From Candidatus Cloacimonadales bacterium (lineage in GTDB: Bacteria > Cloacimonadota > Cloacimonadia > Cloacimonadales > JAIOQZ01), in NCBI GenBank assembly GCA_963662655.2, contig CAXXTU010000002.1, positions 2,464,001 through 2,528,000 on the forward strand: a stretch of DNA of 64,000 bases, written 5' to 3'. Positions 46,812 through 55,873 of the stretch are shown here, piece after piece (the stretch's first letter is position 1; each line of letters opens with the position of its first letter). The notes below the pieces were generated by a model. That model was not told the DNA's origin. It did no database searches and saw only the letters and a program-made list of their open reading frames with translations. The position numbers and the translations under genes are program-made.

Positions 46812-47230
46812 TGAGCCGTGCGCTGCTTCTGATCAAACCGAACGCTACGAAGAAGCACGTTAGCGGTGCAATTCTCAAAATGATCGAAGAAGCCGGGTTC
46901 GAGATTGTCGCTATGAAAATGCTTCGGATGGATCGCGCATTCGCCGAAACATTTTACGATGTGCACAGGGGAAAATCGTTCTTTGAGAGATTGATCGACT
47001 TCATGATATCCGGTAAAACAATCGCCGTCGCGCTGCAAAAGGATAACGCGGTAACCTCTCTACGTGAATTCATCGGCGCGACGAATCCCGATGAAGCAGC
47101 GGAAGGTACCATTCGCAGGCTCTACGGCGATACCGTTACTTTCAATGCGGTCCACGCTTCCGACAGCGATGATAACGCCCGGAAGGAACTGGCTTTCGTT
47201 TTCCCCGAACTAGACACCGACCCATCGTAA
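46811..47230 (+). CDS. ndk: Nucleoside-diphosphate kinase
   Basis: LLIKPNA, IGATNP.EA..GTIR, NAVHASDS; TGATG overlap with the upstream stop. Confidence 0.96.
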   Translation: MSRALLLIKPNATKKHVSGAILKMIEEAGFEIVAMKMLRMDRAFAETFYDVHRGKSFFERLIDFMISGKTIAVALQKDNAVTSLREFIGATNPDEAAEGTIRRLYGDTVTFNAVHASDSDDNARKELAFVFPELDTDPS

Positions 47231-47245
47231 TTTTTTGAGCAAGAA

Positions 47246-48064
47246 ATGATATATCTTGTCCTGAGCATCATCTGCTCAGTCATGATTGCCAATTTTCTCA
47301 AATTCATCTCTCATCGCAAAAACATCTCATTTCTTACAATGTTCATGGGCAATTACTTCATTGCCTCGATCATGAGCTTTTCCATTAACGAAACTCCGAT
47401 CATGCAGACGGATCGCTTCGATATCTTCATGGGCGGCATTGCCGGCGTCATGCTGATCAGCTGTTTCCTGATCTACAGAAAGAGCATCGTCGTATCCGGG
47501 CTGGCCGTCAGCGTCAGCGCCATGCGCGCCTCGCTCATGATTCCCGTTCTCATATCCCTGGCGCTGTTCGGTGAAAAACTCTTCTTCTGGAACTACGCGG
47601 GGATTATTCTCGTTATCGTAGCGTTCATCATCCTGGGCAAGGGCGAGCCGGTTCACGGCTTCCTTTGGATCATCGCACTCTTTGCTTCGTCCGGTATCAT
47701 GGATTCATTTTTCAAGCTGTACAAGGTATACGGAGCGCATTCGGACGGGCTGTTTCTCTTCATCGGTTTCGTCAGCTCCTTCTTCGTTACCCTGTTGATA
47801 TTGGTCTTTCAAAAGAAAACCGCCAACATCCAATCCTTTTTATGGGGTATTCTTCTGGGGATTCCCAACCAGCTTACCGTCTTTTTCTTCATGAAGTCGC
47901 TGAACACAATGCCTGCGACAATCGCTTACCCGATGAGGGCCTCGAGCATCGTATTGCTTTGCGTTGCATCCGACATCCTGTTCTGGAAGCTGAGGATCAA
48001 TCGCAAGCAGTTGATTGGTTACGGGATTATCGCAATGGGAATCGTGTTGCTGAATATTTCGTGA
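47246..48064 (+). CDS. DMT/EamA-family transporter
   Basis: About ten TM helices in two repeats; LFGEKL, GILLGIPN. Confidence 0.8.
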   Translation: MIYLVLSIICSVMIANFLKFISHRKNISFLTMFMGNYFIASIMSFSINETPIMQTDRFDIFMGGIAGVMLISCFLIYRKSIVVSGLAVSVSAMRASLMIPVLISLALFGEKLFFWNYAGIILVIVAFIILGKGEPVHGFLWIIALFASSGIMDSFFKLYKVYGAHSDGLFLFIGFVSSFFVTLLILVFQKKTANIQSFLWGILLGIPNQLTVFFFMKSLNTMPATIAYPMRASSIVLLCVASDILFWKLRINRKQLIGYGIIAMGIVLLNIS

Positions 48065-48182
48065 CCGGTCTCTCGGATGGTTTTCTTCGCGAAAGGAGAT
48101 TTTCGAAGAGAATTCCGCTAACATGATTTCGTTAAACGAAATCACAACGCTCATGTTTACGTTTTGACTAGGTTGAAGCCGA

Positions 48183-48312
48183 AAATAAAAAAGGCAGATC
48201 TGAGGAATGCCGGTTCCTCGTAGGGCGATCTGCCTTAAAAGTTGGATTCGTTTGCGTAGGAGATACACAAGCACGAATCCTTAGAACAACACGTCAGGAA
48301 AGCACTATCAAA
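48183..48312 (-). ncRNA. Putative sigma-54-dependent small RNA with UCUCC loop
   Basis: Upstream -24/-12 motif, hairpin 48244-48280, terminator hairpin 48191-48236 with U-tract, no ORF. Confidence 0.55.
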
Positions 48313-48322
48313 CCAATTATAT

Positions 48323-48339
48323 AACAATAGCTGTGCCAA
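48323..48339 (-). promoter_or_regulatory. Putative sigma-54 promoter
   Basis: TTGGCAC-AGCTA-TTGT vs consensus TGGCAC-N5-TTGC (one mismatch). Confidence 0.55.
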
Positions 48340-48570
48340 ACCGCGCCACACGACTTAATGCATTATTTTTCATGCATTTACGCATTTAATCCGATTGATT
48401 TTATTTTCACATTCAAGAATGGGATTATCGCTTTCGAAAATGGCTTGAATGACTTGTTCTCTTGATGCGGGTTACTAATATTATCGGCAAATAATCCGAT
48501 TCTCCAATTCAAGGTCTATCAAAGCGGATATTGCATAACAAGGATTTCATCTTGTGAAGGCGATGCCCTG

Positions 48571-48603
48571 AAAAAGAAAAACCCCGCTCATCGAGCAGGG
48601 TTT
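48571..48603 (-). terminator. Terminator of the tRNA cluster
   Basis: AAACCC.GCTC/GAGC.GGGTTT stem followed by a U-tract on the minus strand. Confidence 0.75.
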
Positions 48604-48609
48604 ATAAAT

Positions 48610-48685
48610 TGGCATCCCCAGGGGGGATCGAACCCCCGTTGCCGGACTGAGAATCCGGAGTCCTAGGCCACTAGACGATGGGGAC
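48610..48685 (-). tRNA. tRNA-Glu (CTC)
   Basis: Cloverleaf GTCCCCA...CCA; anticodon arm CCGGA-TTCTCAG-TCCGG. Confidence 0.95.
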
Positions 48686-48707
48686 CTATATATTACAAAG
48701 ATCAAAG

Positions 48708-48783
48708 TGGCGACCCCTAGGGGAATCGAACCCCTGTTGCAAGAATGAAAATCTTGAGTCCTAGGCCACTAGACGAAGGGGTC
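48708..48783 (-). tRNA. tRNA-Glu (TTC)
   Basis: GACCCCT...CCA; anticodon arm CAAGA-TTTTCAT-TCTTG. Confidence 0.95.
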
Positions 48784-48830
48784 ATGTCTTCTCAGACAAA
48801 ACCTGAAATCACTTATAAGCTGAAAAAAAT

Positions 48831-48906
48831 TGGCGACCCCTAGGGGAATCGAACCCCTGTTGCAAGAATGAAAATCTTGAGTCCTAGGCCACTAGACGAA
48901 GGGGTC
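48831..48906 (-). tRNA. tRNA-Glu (TTC), identical second copy
   Basis: Same 76 nt as 48708-48783. Confidence 0.95.
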
Positions 48907-48916
48907 GTCTAAAAAA

Positions 48917-48991
48917 TGGTGAGCCTGGATGGGATCGAACCATCGACTCTCTGCTTAAAAGGCAGATACTCTACCTCTGAGTTACAGGCCC
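48917..48991 (-). tRNA. tRNA-Lys (TTT)
   Basis: GGGCCTG...CCA; anticodon arm TCTGC-CTTTTAA-GCAGA. Confidence 0.95.
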
Positions 48992-49100
48992 ACACCTAAG
49001 TACGTTGCGCCAAACTAAAAATGAGTGTTTGAGTGTCAATGAAAAATTCAGGTATTTTCCAAACTTTTCTTCGAGCTACTTCCATGCCTTCTGATAAGCC

Positions 49101-49145
49101 AAAAGAAAACCCATGCCCGATTCCGCGTCCGGAGTCCGGCATGGG
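49101..49145 (-). terminator. Terminator after tpx
   Basis: CCCATGCC/GGCATGGG stem with U-tract on the minus strand. Confidence 0.7.
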
Positions 49146-49171
49146 ATACGGTTAGAGTATCAGTAGGGAAT

Positions 49172-49672
49172 CTATAATAGCGCTTTCAGTGCGTTCTCAT
49201 AGTCCGGTTCTTGAGCGATCTCAGGAACCAGCTCGGTATATTTGACAACTCCGTTTTCATCAAGGATCACGACAGCGCGCGCCAGAAGTCCTTCCATCGG
49301 ACCGTCGACGATGTTCAGGCCATAATCGGCTGCGAAATCATCGTTGCGCATCATGCTCAATGTAACGACATCCTTCAAGCCCTCTGCACCGCAAAAACGA
49401 GCCATTGCGAACGGCAGGTCTTTCGAGATACACAGGACGACTGTATTTTCGAGGTTGCTTGCTTCTGCATTGAATGTACGGACCGACATCGCGCACACCG
49501 CGGTATCGATGCTCGGGAATATATTCATGACGATCTTCTTTCCGGCGAAATCAGCCAGACTCGCGTTATGCAAATCCTGTTTCACCAACCGAAAATCTTT
49601 CGCTTTGCTTCCGATCGCAGGTAAATCTCCACTCGTGTGGAAGGGATTTCCTTGTAGGGTTATCTGTGCCAT
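49172..49672 (-). CDS. tpx: Thiol peroxidase (atypical 2-Cys peroxiredoxin)
   Basis: [34 protein letters not shown]. Confidence 0.96.
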   Translation of the reverse strand: MAQITLQGNPFHTSGDLPAIGSKAKDFRLVKQDLHNASLADFAGKKIVMNIFPSIDTAVCAMSVRTFNAEASNLENTVVLCISKDLPFAMARFCGAEGLKDVVTLSMMRNDDFAADYGLNIVDGPMEGLLARAVVILDENGVVKYTELVPEIAQEPDYENALKALL

Positions 49673-49711
49673 TTTATTTTCTCCAATCAAATTTTTATTT
49701 CATTACATAGT

Positions 49712-50200
49712 TTAAGCAATGCCTGGAGAATAGCAAATCCCTTCTATCGCGATAAGTGTTTTTTTTGCATCGATACCGGCAGAGAACCCACCGATCCCTC
49801 CATCTTTCCGCAGAATTCGATGACACGGCACGACAATCAGCAGTGGATTTCTACCTACCGCACCTCCGACAGCCCGTGCGGCCCCCGGCTTCCCGATCTC
49901 CTTCGCAATCTCCCCGTAGCTTTTCCACTCTCCGAAGGGGACCGTAAGCAGTTTCTCCCATACTCTTTGATCGAAAGCGCTTCCGCGCAACTCGATCGGG
50001 AAATCGAACTGCCGTCTCTCTCCGGCGAAGTAGGCCGTCAACTGCCTTTCCGCTTCGGCAAGCAGCGGTGATGTGCCTGAATCTTTCCCGTGCTTCGGCT
50101 GATCCACGCGCTCGATACGAATGATGGTCTCATCTTCCTGCGTGATTTGCAAGCCGCCGAACGGCGCTTTCAACCACAAGCTCTTCTGAACCAATATCAC
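49712..50200 (-). CDS. ogt: Methylated-DNA--protein-cysteine methyltransferase
   Basis: SYGEIA, ARAVGGA..RNP, active site PCHR. Confidence 0.93.
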   Translation of the reverse strand: MILVQKSLWLKAPFGGLQITQEDETIIRIERVDQPKHGKDSGTSPLLAEAERQLTAYFAGERRQFDFPIELRGSAFDQRVWEKLLTVPFGEWKSYGEIAKEIGKPGAARAVGGAVGRNPLLIVVPCHRILRKDGGIGGFSAGIDAKKTLIAIEGICYSPGIA

Positions 50201-50571
50201 ACTCCGTAGTAGATCGATTGGTTGGTTTTCACCGCGTTCAAAAGCTTCAGCACGGCTGCCACGGCCCCGGCGATCTCATCGCCTTCGTATTCGGCGATGG
50301 GGAGTCCCGCTGTCAGCATACCCTTGAACACTTTTGTGCCGTTCATGATGGCGATGGGCATCCCGCCAGCGAATCCACCCTGATATACCTTGGAATCCTT
50401 CACAACAGCAATCGCCTGCCCCGCCTTGTAACTTCCGGCGTAAATCTTGTTGTCATCTATGTTCAACACGGCAGCGCCGCTCTTATATCCGCCCATATAC
50501 ACCTTCCCGTCCTCAACGATCGCGATCGGCCCACGAGCGTGGTTTTCACCGTCAAATATCACCTGTTTCAT
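50197..50571 (-). CDS. Small hypothetical protein made of 19-aa beta-hairpin repeats
   Basis: GAGGAGG RBS; repeats of the type IA.V.D.KVY.G...AG.. Confidence 0.7.
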   Translation of the reverse strand: MKQVIFDGENHARGPIAIVEDGKVYMGGYKSGAAVLNIDDNKIYAGSYKAGQAIAVVKDSKVYQGGFAGGMPIAIMNGTKVFKGMLTAGLPIAEYEGDEIAGAVAAVLKLLNAVKTNQSIYYGV

Positions 50572-50751
50572 GCTCGACCTCCTCATCTGCATCAACTTAG
50601 TATTTTTATACCATATTGCAAAATTCGATCCGTAAATTCCGACAGACACTCCGTCTTAAAGAAAAATCATTCTGCGCAATCAGGGTACGTGTTCCCTCAA
50701 TTATCTGTTGACGTGTTTTATTGCCTGTAAGAATCTCACCCCGAGGTTATT

Positions 50752-51201
50752 ATGGTAAAACGGTTTAAAAATAGAAAAGCGAGTTTCCAGTACTACTTCG
50801 TGGAAGAAGTCGAAGCAGGGATTTCCCTTTCCGGAACGGAGATCAAGTCCCTTCGCGATGGGAAAATGAATTTCAAGGACTCCTACGCGAGAATCGACGG
50901 GAATGAAGTGTGGCTGGTCAACTTGCATATCAGTCCCTACGAAAAGGGGACGTATTTCAACCACGATCCCGAGCGCAAGCGCAAGCTGCTTCTGCACAAA
51001 CGCGAGATCAAGCGCCTCCTTTCCAAGATCGAAGAGAAGGGTATGACGTTGGTACCGAAGGAAGTTTACATTAACGACCGGGGGCTTGCCAAGGTTCTTC
51101 TCGCCCTTGCCAAGGGTAAGCACACCTACGATAAGAGCGACACGGTGAAAGAGAGAGATGAGGCCCGTGACATGGCGCGGACCATGAAGAATTGGAAATG
51201 A
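50752..51201 (+). CDS. smpB: SsrA-binding protein
   Basis: NRKA, EAGISLSGTEIKSLR, RKRKLLLHKREI, AKGKHTYDK. Confidence 0.97.
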   Translation: MVKRFKNRKASFQYYFVEEVEAGISLSGTEIKSLRDGKMNFKDSYARIDGNEVWLVNLHISPYEKGTYFNHDPERKRKLLLHKREIKRLLSKIEEKGMTLVPKEVYINDRGLAKVLLALAKGKHTYDKSDTVKERDEARDMARTMKNWK

Positions 51202-51350
51202 TCCACAAAGCAATATATCTTAATAAATAACTTAAGACGAAGGGTGTTTCCAGCCTGAACTGCCCTAAAAATACACGGGAACCCCATTTATTAATTGACA
51301 GATTTTTTTGTATCCTGTTTACTTAAAAAAAAACGTACGATGGGTTCAAT

Positions 51351-51623
51351 GTGGAAGTTTACGACATCACCGTTTCAGGAAGAGTTCAGGGAGTCGGGTA
51401 CCGATTCTATTGCCAGAAAACGGCTCAACTGCTGGATATAAAAGGCAGTGTCCGCAATGCCGGTGACGGATCGGTGGTCATCCACGCTTCCGGAAGTGAG
51501 TCCAATCTGCACGAGTTCATCTCGTTGCTTCGCCAGGGCCCGATGTTCGCAAATGTATCCGATATCAACATTCAAACTTCGTCAAAACCTGTTGTAGAAC
51601 ATGGCTTTCAAATCAAATACTAA
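51351..51623 (+). CDS. acyP: Acylphosphatase
   Basis: VSGRVQGVGYR, GSVRN..DGSV; GTG start. Confidence 0.92.
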   Translation: MEVYDITVSGRVQGVGYRFYCQKTAQLLDIKGSVRNAGDGSVVIHASGSESNLHEFISLLRQGPMFANVSDINIQTSSKPVVEHGFQIKY

Positions 51624-52710
51624 GATTCTGCTTGCCCTGGTTTTCCTGCTCGTCGCCGAAAGCTGGTACGGTATTCGCAGCAGCGCCGTGTACGTCACGC
51701 CATCGAAGGAATACCACATCGTTCAGCATGGCGATACGCTTTTCAATATCAGCAAGAAGCATGGAATCCCGCTTTCGAAGCTGAAGCTTTACAACAATCT
51801 CACATCGGATAAAATCTTTGTGGGACAGAAAATCTATCTCACGCCTCATTACGATCAGAAGACCGAGTTCGTCACGCAGAGAGATATTCCTGAGAATCGC
51901 TTCCACGTTGTGAAAAAAGGGGAGACCGTTTACCGGATATCGAAGATGTACGACGTTGAAATCCTCGATATTCTCGATTACAATGATCTCGAAACCTTCG
52001 ATATCAAAGTGGGACAAAAGATATGGCTCGAGCCCGGGCATGTGCGCGGCGGGACCGCTAAGCAGCCGGTCGTAGCGGAAAAACCCGAGGCACAACCACA
52101 GAAACAGCCAACGGGGCGCGAGCAAGAAAAAGCCGATGGCTATCATATTGTGAAGAAAGGGGAAACGCTGTTTCGCATCTCGAGGATGTACGGAATGAAG
52201 GTCGATGAGCTGAAAGAGCTCAACGCGCTGACAACCGACACGATCGAAGTGGGTCAGAAGCTTATAGTGAAAGGCGCCCGGCGCGAAGTATCGCCTCCGC
52301 CGACCGTCCCTGCGAGCGTGAAGAAGCCGTCGGGGATCATTTCCCCGCTGAAGGGCCAGATCACGTCCGAGTTCGGCATCCGCAATGGAAGGCCCCACAA
52401 GGGACTCGACATCGCAGCGCCCATTGGCGAACCGATTTCGGCGGTGCTGGAGGGTAAGGTAGCGTTCTCGGGACGCCAACGCGGCTATGGAAATGTCATC
52501 ATTCTGGAGCACAAGGATTACGTTATGACGGTCTACGCCCATAACGACGCGAACCTCGTCCGGTTGGGCGACACCGTGAAGAAGGGGCAACCCATCGCAA
52601 CCGTAGGCAATACGGGCAAATCGACAGGACCGCACCTGCATTTCGAGTACCGCGTGCAGGGAAAGGCCATCGATCCACTGACCGTCCTGCCGACCATCGA
52701 GGAAAGATGA
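51601..52710 (+). CDS. Three-LysM M23 peptidoglycan endopeptidase (NlpD-like)
   Basis: Three H.V..GE/DT...IS LysM units; HKGLD and STGPHLHFE. Confidence 0.92.
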   Translation: MAFKSNTKILLALVFLLVAESWYGIRSSAVYVTPSKEYHIVQHGDTLFNISKKHGIPLSKLKLYNNLTSDKIFVGQKIYLTPHYDQKTEFVTQRDIPENRFHVVKKGETVYRISKMYDVEILDILDYNDLETFDIKVGQKIWLEPGHVRGGTAKQPVVAEKPEAQPQKQPTGREQEKADGYHIVKKGETLFRISRMYGMKVDELKELNALTTDTIEVGQKLIVKGARREVSPPPTVPASVKKPSGIISPLKGQITSEFGIRNGRPHKGLDIAAPIGEPISAVLEGKVAFSGRQRGYGNVIILEHKDYVMTVYAHNDANLVRLGDTVKKGQPIATVGNTGKSTGPHLHFEYRVQGKAIDPLTVLPTIEER

Positions 52711-53021
52711 AAGAATACGCGCGTGACATCGAACGTCTTTATTCCATCGGCGAAGTCTCGAAGATCGTGGGAATCCACGACCAGACGATTCGCATGTACG
52801 AGCGCAAGGGACTGATTTCTCCCGAGCGCACCGCGAAGAACATTCGTGTCTTCAGCACAGAAGATATTGACCGAATTACTCTGATAATAACATTGACACA
52901 AGAGCTTGGAATGAACTTTTCGGGAGTGAAGGTCGTTTTCGAACTGGCCAAAATGCTCGAGATGAGCATGGAAGACCTCCTGGATTTCGTCAGCGACCAT
53001 ACAAGGGAATTTATAACCTGA
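52707..53021 (+). CDS. MerR-family regulator, HspR-like
   Basis: YSIGEVSKIVGIHDQTIRMYERKGLISPERT; LTQELGMNFSGV. Confidence 0.85.
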   Translation: MKEYARDIERLYSIGEVSKIVGIHDQTIRMYERKGLISPERTAKNIRVFSTEDIDRITLIITLTQELGMNFSGVKVVFELAKMLEMSMEDLLDFVSDHTREFIT

Positions 53022-53028
53022 GGAATCA

Positions 53029-53895
53029 ATGGCTGAGAATGTTTTTGAAGATAAAGCATTACAGAAATATCTGAACGATATCGCGAATATCGAGACGCTT
53101 CCGCGTGAAGTGGAACACGAACTGGCCATCCGTGCTCGTGACGGAGATCAGGAAGCGATCAACCAGCTCATTCAGGCGAATCTTAAATTCGTGGTGAAAA
53201 TCGCTTCGCACTACCAGAATCGAGGACTGAGCCTTGCCGAGCTGATCAGCGAAGGCAACATGGGGCTGATCAAGGCGATCGAGAAGTTCGATCCCGAGAA
53301 GAACATCAAGCTCATATCCTACGCGGTCTGGTGGATCAAACAACGTATCCTATTCGCCCTGGCGGAGAAGACATCCCTCATCCGCATGCCCCTGGGTAAA
53401 ACCAACATCGCGAACAAGATCAAGGCGGCTCGCGAGCGTATCTTCAACCGCACGGGGCACGCCGCGACAATCGAAGATATCGAAGACGAAACCAACCTGG
53501 TCAGCAAGGAAATCAACAATGTCGAATCCCACAACATCGACACGCTTTCGCTGGACGATTACAGTTACACCAGTCACAACGATACCGTCCAATTGCGCGA
53601 CTTCCTAGAAGACCCGGATATGCTCGACCCGAAAACGATCTATTACCGGGATAAAATGCAGGATAAAATCGATGAATCCATCGGCAAACTCCCCTCCCGC
53701 GACGCATACATCTTGAAATCCTACTTCGGGCTCGACGGCGACGCCGGCAAGAACTTCGCGCAGATCGCGGAGGAACTCGGTCTAAGCCGCGAAAGAGTCC
53801 GCCAGATTCAGAAACAAGCGCTGAAACAGATTCTAAAAGAAACTTACGCCGAGCACGAAACGGATATCGACATGCTTCTGAGCACTAACTTGTAA
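53029..53895 (+). CDS. Sigma-70 family sigma factor (RpoD/RpoS-like, lacking region 1.1)
   Basis: LQKYLNDI, ANLKFVVKIA, EGNMGLIKAIEKFD, SYAVWWIKQ, LSRERVRQI. Confidence 0.93.
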   Translation: MAENVFEDKALQKYLNDIANIETLPREVEHELAIRARDGDQEAINQLIQANLKFVVKIASHYQNRGLSLAELISEGNMGLIKAIEKFDPEKNIKLISYAVWWIKQRILFALAEKTSLIRMPLGKTNIANKIKAARERIFNRTGHAATIEDIEDETNLVSKEINNVESHNIDTLSLDDYSYTSHNDTVQLRDFLEDPDMLDPKTIYYRDKMQDKIDESIGKLPSRDAYILKSYFGLDGDAGKNFAQIAEELGLSRERVRQIQKQALKQILKETYAEHETDIDMLLSTNL

Positions 53896-53913
53896 GATAC
53901 AGGAGTCATTCAC

Positions 53914-54810
53914 ATGATTAAAAATTTCGATCAACTGCTGGAAACCTTGAAGCAAAACGAAAACAAGACCGTAGTGATCGCTGCGGCACAATCACCCGCA
54001 TCTCTCGAAGCTGCCATCCTGGCAAAGAGAGAGAACCTCGCCGATTCCATCATGACCGGTGATGCCGAATTCATCAAGAACCACATCAGAGAGACTGCAC
54101 CGGACCTTGTCGACGCTTTCGAAATCATAGATTGCGGTAGCGACATCCCTCTCGCCTGCGCCAAGGCCGTCGAACTGGTCAGGGAAGGACGGGGCGATCT
54201 GATCCTCAAGGGAAAAGGTTCAACGGCAACCATTCTCAAGGCCGTTCTGGACAAGGAGAAAGGCCTGCGCTCGGCCAAGGTCATCAGCGACGTCCTCGCC
54301 GTTGAGACACCGGAACGAGTCGTGCTCCTGACAGACGGTGGTATCAACCTCTACCCCACCGTGGACGAGAAGGTCGCGATCGTGGAGAACGCCGTGAAGG
54401 TCGGGCACTCGCTCGGTAACCCGAAGCCGAAGGTCGCGCTTCTGGCAGCCGTCGAAGTGGTGAATCCCAAGATGCCGTGTACCCTGGACGCAGCGCTCAT
54501 CGCCAAGATGAACCAGCGTGGACAGATCAAGAACTGTATCGTGGACGGCCCGTTCGCGCTTGACAACGCGATCAACCTGGAAGCGGCTCGCATGAAAGGT
54601 ATCGAATCGGAAGTGGCCGGCGACGCAGACATCCTGGTTGTTCCCAACATCGAAGCGGGTAACTTCATGGGTAAGGCCTTCACCTACTACTGCAACTACC
54701 GTGTAGCACACGTGGTTGTCGGAACGAAAGCGCCCATTCTCATTCCCTCCCGTGCGGACAACGCGGAAACCAAGATGCTCTCCATGGCGCTGGGCATCCT
54801 CTGCGCGTAA
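53914..54810 (+). CDS. ptb: Phosphate butyryl/acetyltransferase
   Basis: ILKG, TDGGIN..P, VDGPFALDNA, VPNIEAGN, PSRAD. Confidence 0.88.
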   Translation: MIKNFDQLLETLKQNENKTVVIAAAQSPASLEAAILAKRENLADSIMTGDAEFIKNHIRETAPDLVDAFEIIDCGSDIPLACAKAVELVREGRGDLILKGKGSTATILKAVLDKEKGLRSAKVISDVLAVETPERVVLLTDGGINLYPTVDEKVAIVENAVKVGHSLGNPKPKVALLAAVEVVNPKMPCTLDAALIAKMNQRGQIKNCIVDGPFALDNAINLEAARMKGIESEVAGDADILVVPNIEAGNFMGKAFTYYCNYRVAHVVVGTKAPILIPSRADNAETKMLSMALGILCA

Positions 54811-54828
54811 CACGAAATTTTATCGTAC

Positions 54829-54868
54829 ATACGGGATGGCCTGATTAAGCTGTCCCGTATTGTTTTTT
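54829..54868 (+). terminator. Terminator after ptb
   Basis: ATACGGGATGGC/GCTGTCCCGTAT stem followed by a T-run. Confidence 0.7.
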
Positions 54869-54879
54869 GAAGGTAGCAC

Positions 54880-55332
54880 ATGAACATCCGAATCATCAGC
54901 CCGGGAAAGACCAAGCAACGATTCATCGAAGACGGAATCGACGAATACATGAAGCGGCTGCGTCCCTTCGCCCGAATCGATTGGATTTCCACGCCCGATC
55001 AACCGCTGCGCAAGACAAACACGATCGATATCGTGAAGCAGACCGAGGCAGAGCACATCCTGAAGCGCGTAGAGCCCGGCTTCACCATTGCCCTGGACGA
55101 GCATGGAAGGGAGATGACAAGCCCCGATCTCGCCGAGTTCTTCCAGCGCTACGAGAAGATACAATTCATCATCGGCGGCGTATACGGAATGGCGGATTCG
55201 GTTCGAGATAAAGCGGACATGGTTCTGAGCTGTTCACGCTTCACGCTGACCCATCAGATGATCCGCCTCCTTCTGATCGAGCAGGTTTATCGTGCCTTCA
55301 CCATCAACCACAACAAGAAGTATCATTATTAG
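54880..55332 (+). CDS. rlmH: 23S rRNA (pseudouridine1915-N3)-methyltransferase
   Basis: LDEHG, FIIGGVYG, FTLTHQMIRLLLIEQVYRA, KYH. Confidence 0.95.
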   Translation: MNIRIISPGKTKQRFIEDGIDEYMKRLRPFARIDWISTPDQPLRKTNTIDIVKQTEAEHILKRVEPGFTIALDEHGREMTSPDLAEFFQRYEKIQFIIGGVYGMADSVRDKADMVLSCSRFTLTHQMIRLLLIEQVYRAFTINHNKKYHY

Positions 55333-55367
55333 TTGACGATTTCCGAGAGTTCTTCGATCATTTCTCA

Positions 55368-55395
55368 TTGACAGAATGCCGTTCAGCGCTAAAAT
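55368..55395 (+). promoter_or_regulatory. Putative sigma-70 promoter of cdd
   Basis: TTGACA-N16-TAAAAT. Confidence 0.6.
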
Positions 55396-55429
55396 TTCGT
55401 TAGAATCGCTATGTCATTGGAGGTTATCA

Positions 55430-55810
55430 ATGCTGACAGACGAGCAACTCATTGAAGAAGCCAAAAGAGCGTCGGAAAACGCCTACGCACCCTATTCAGG
55501 ATTCAAGATCGGAGCCGCGCTACTTTCCAAAAGCGGAAATGTGTATCTGGGATGCAATGTGGAAAACGCGTCCTATTCCCTCACGATCTGCGCCGAGCGA
55601 AATGCCGTTTTCAAAGCCGTGGCTTGGGGTGAACGCGAGTTCGAGAAGATCGCGATCTACGCGAATTCCGATGAATTCTTCCCGCCTTGCGGGGCGTGCA
55701 GGCAGGTCTTGTCCGAGTTCTCCTCCGACATGCGTATCATTATGGCAAACCACGATCGTGTGGAAACGTCAAGCCTCGATGTGCTGCTGCCGATGCAATT
55801 CAAACTATAA
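55430..55810 (+). CDS. cdd: Cytidine deaminase
   Basis: AYAPYS, GCNVENASY, CAER, PCGACRQ; GGAGG RBS. Confidence 0.95.
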   Translation: MLTDEQLIEEAKRASENAYAPYSGFKIGAALLSKSGNVYLGCNVENASYSLTICAERNAVFKAVAWGEREFEKIAIYANSDEFFPPCGACRQVLSEFSSDMRIIMANHDRVETSSLDVLLPMQFKL

Positions 55811-55813
55811 TAT

Positions 55814-55841
55814 TTGACAGCGTGAAATATTTTTCTATCTT
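55814..55841 (+). promoter_or_regulatory. Putative sigma-70 promoter of trxB
   Basis: TTGACA-N16-TATCTT. Confidence 0.55.
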
Positions 55842-55873
55842 GTCCTCAAAGGCAAAAATGTTACGGAGGAAAC

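Noticed and set aside
47840..48274. 144-aa minus-strand ORF overlapping the putative sRNA
   Set aside because: Non-ATG start without RBS, runs through a terminator and antisense into the EamA gene, and has no recognisable motifs.
48610..48991. CRISPR-like repeats or a tRNA-targeted integration scar
   Set aside because: The repeats are complete tRNA genes with CCA; there is no partial 3' duplication, integrase or cas gene.
51220..51294. Possible tmRNA, 6S RNA or riboswitch after smpB, enclosed by TTAATAAAT/ATTTATTAA
   Set aside because: Too short for tmRNA or 6S, and I cannot match a riboswitch consensus; the 9-bp all-AT inverted repeat may be chance.
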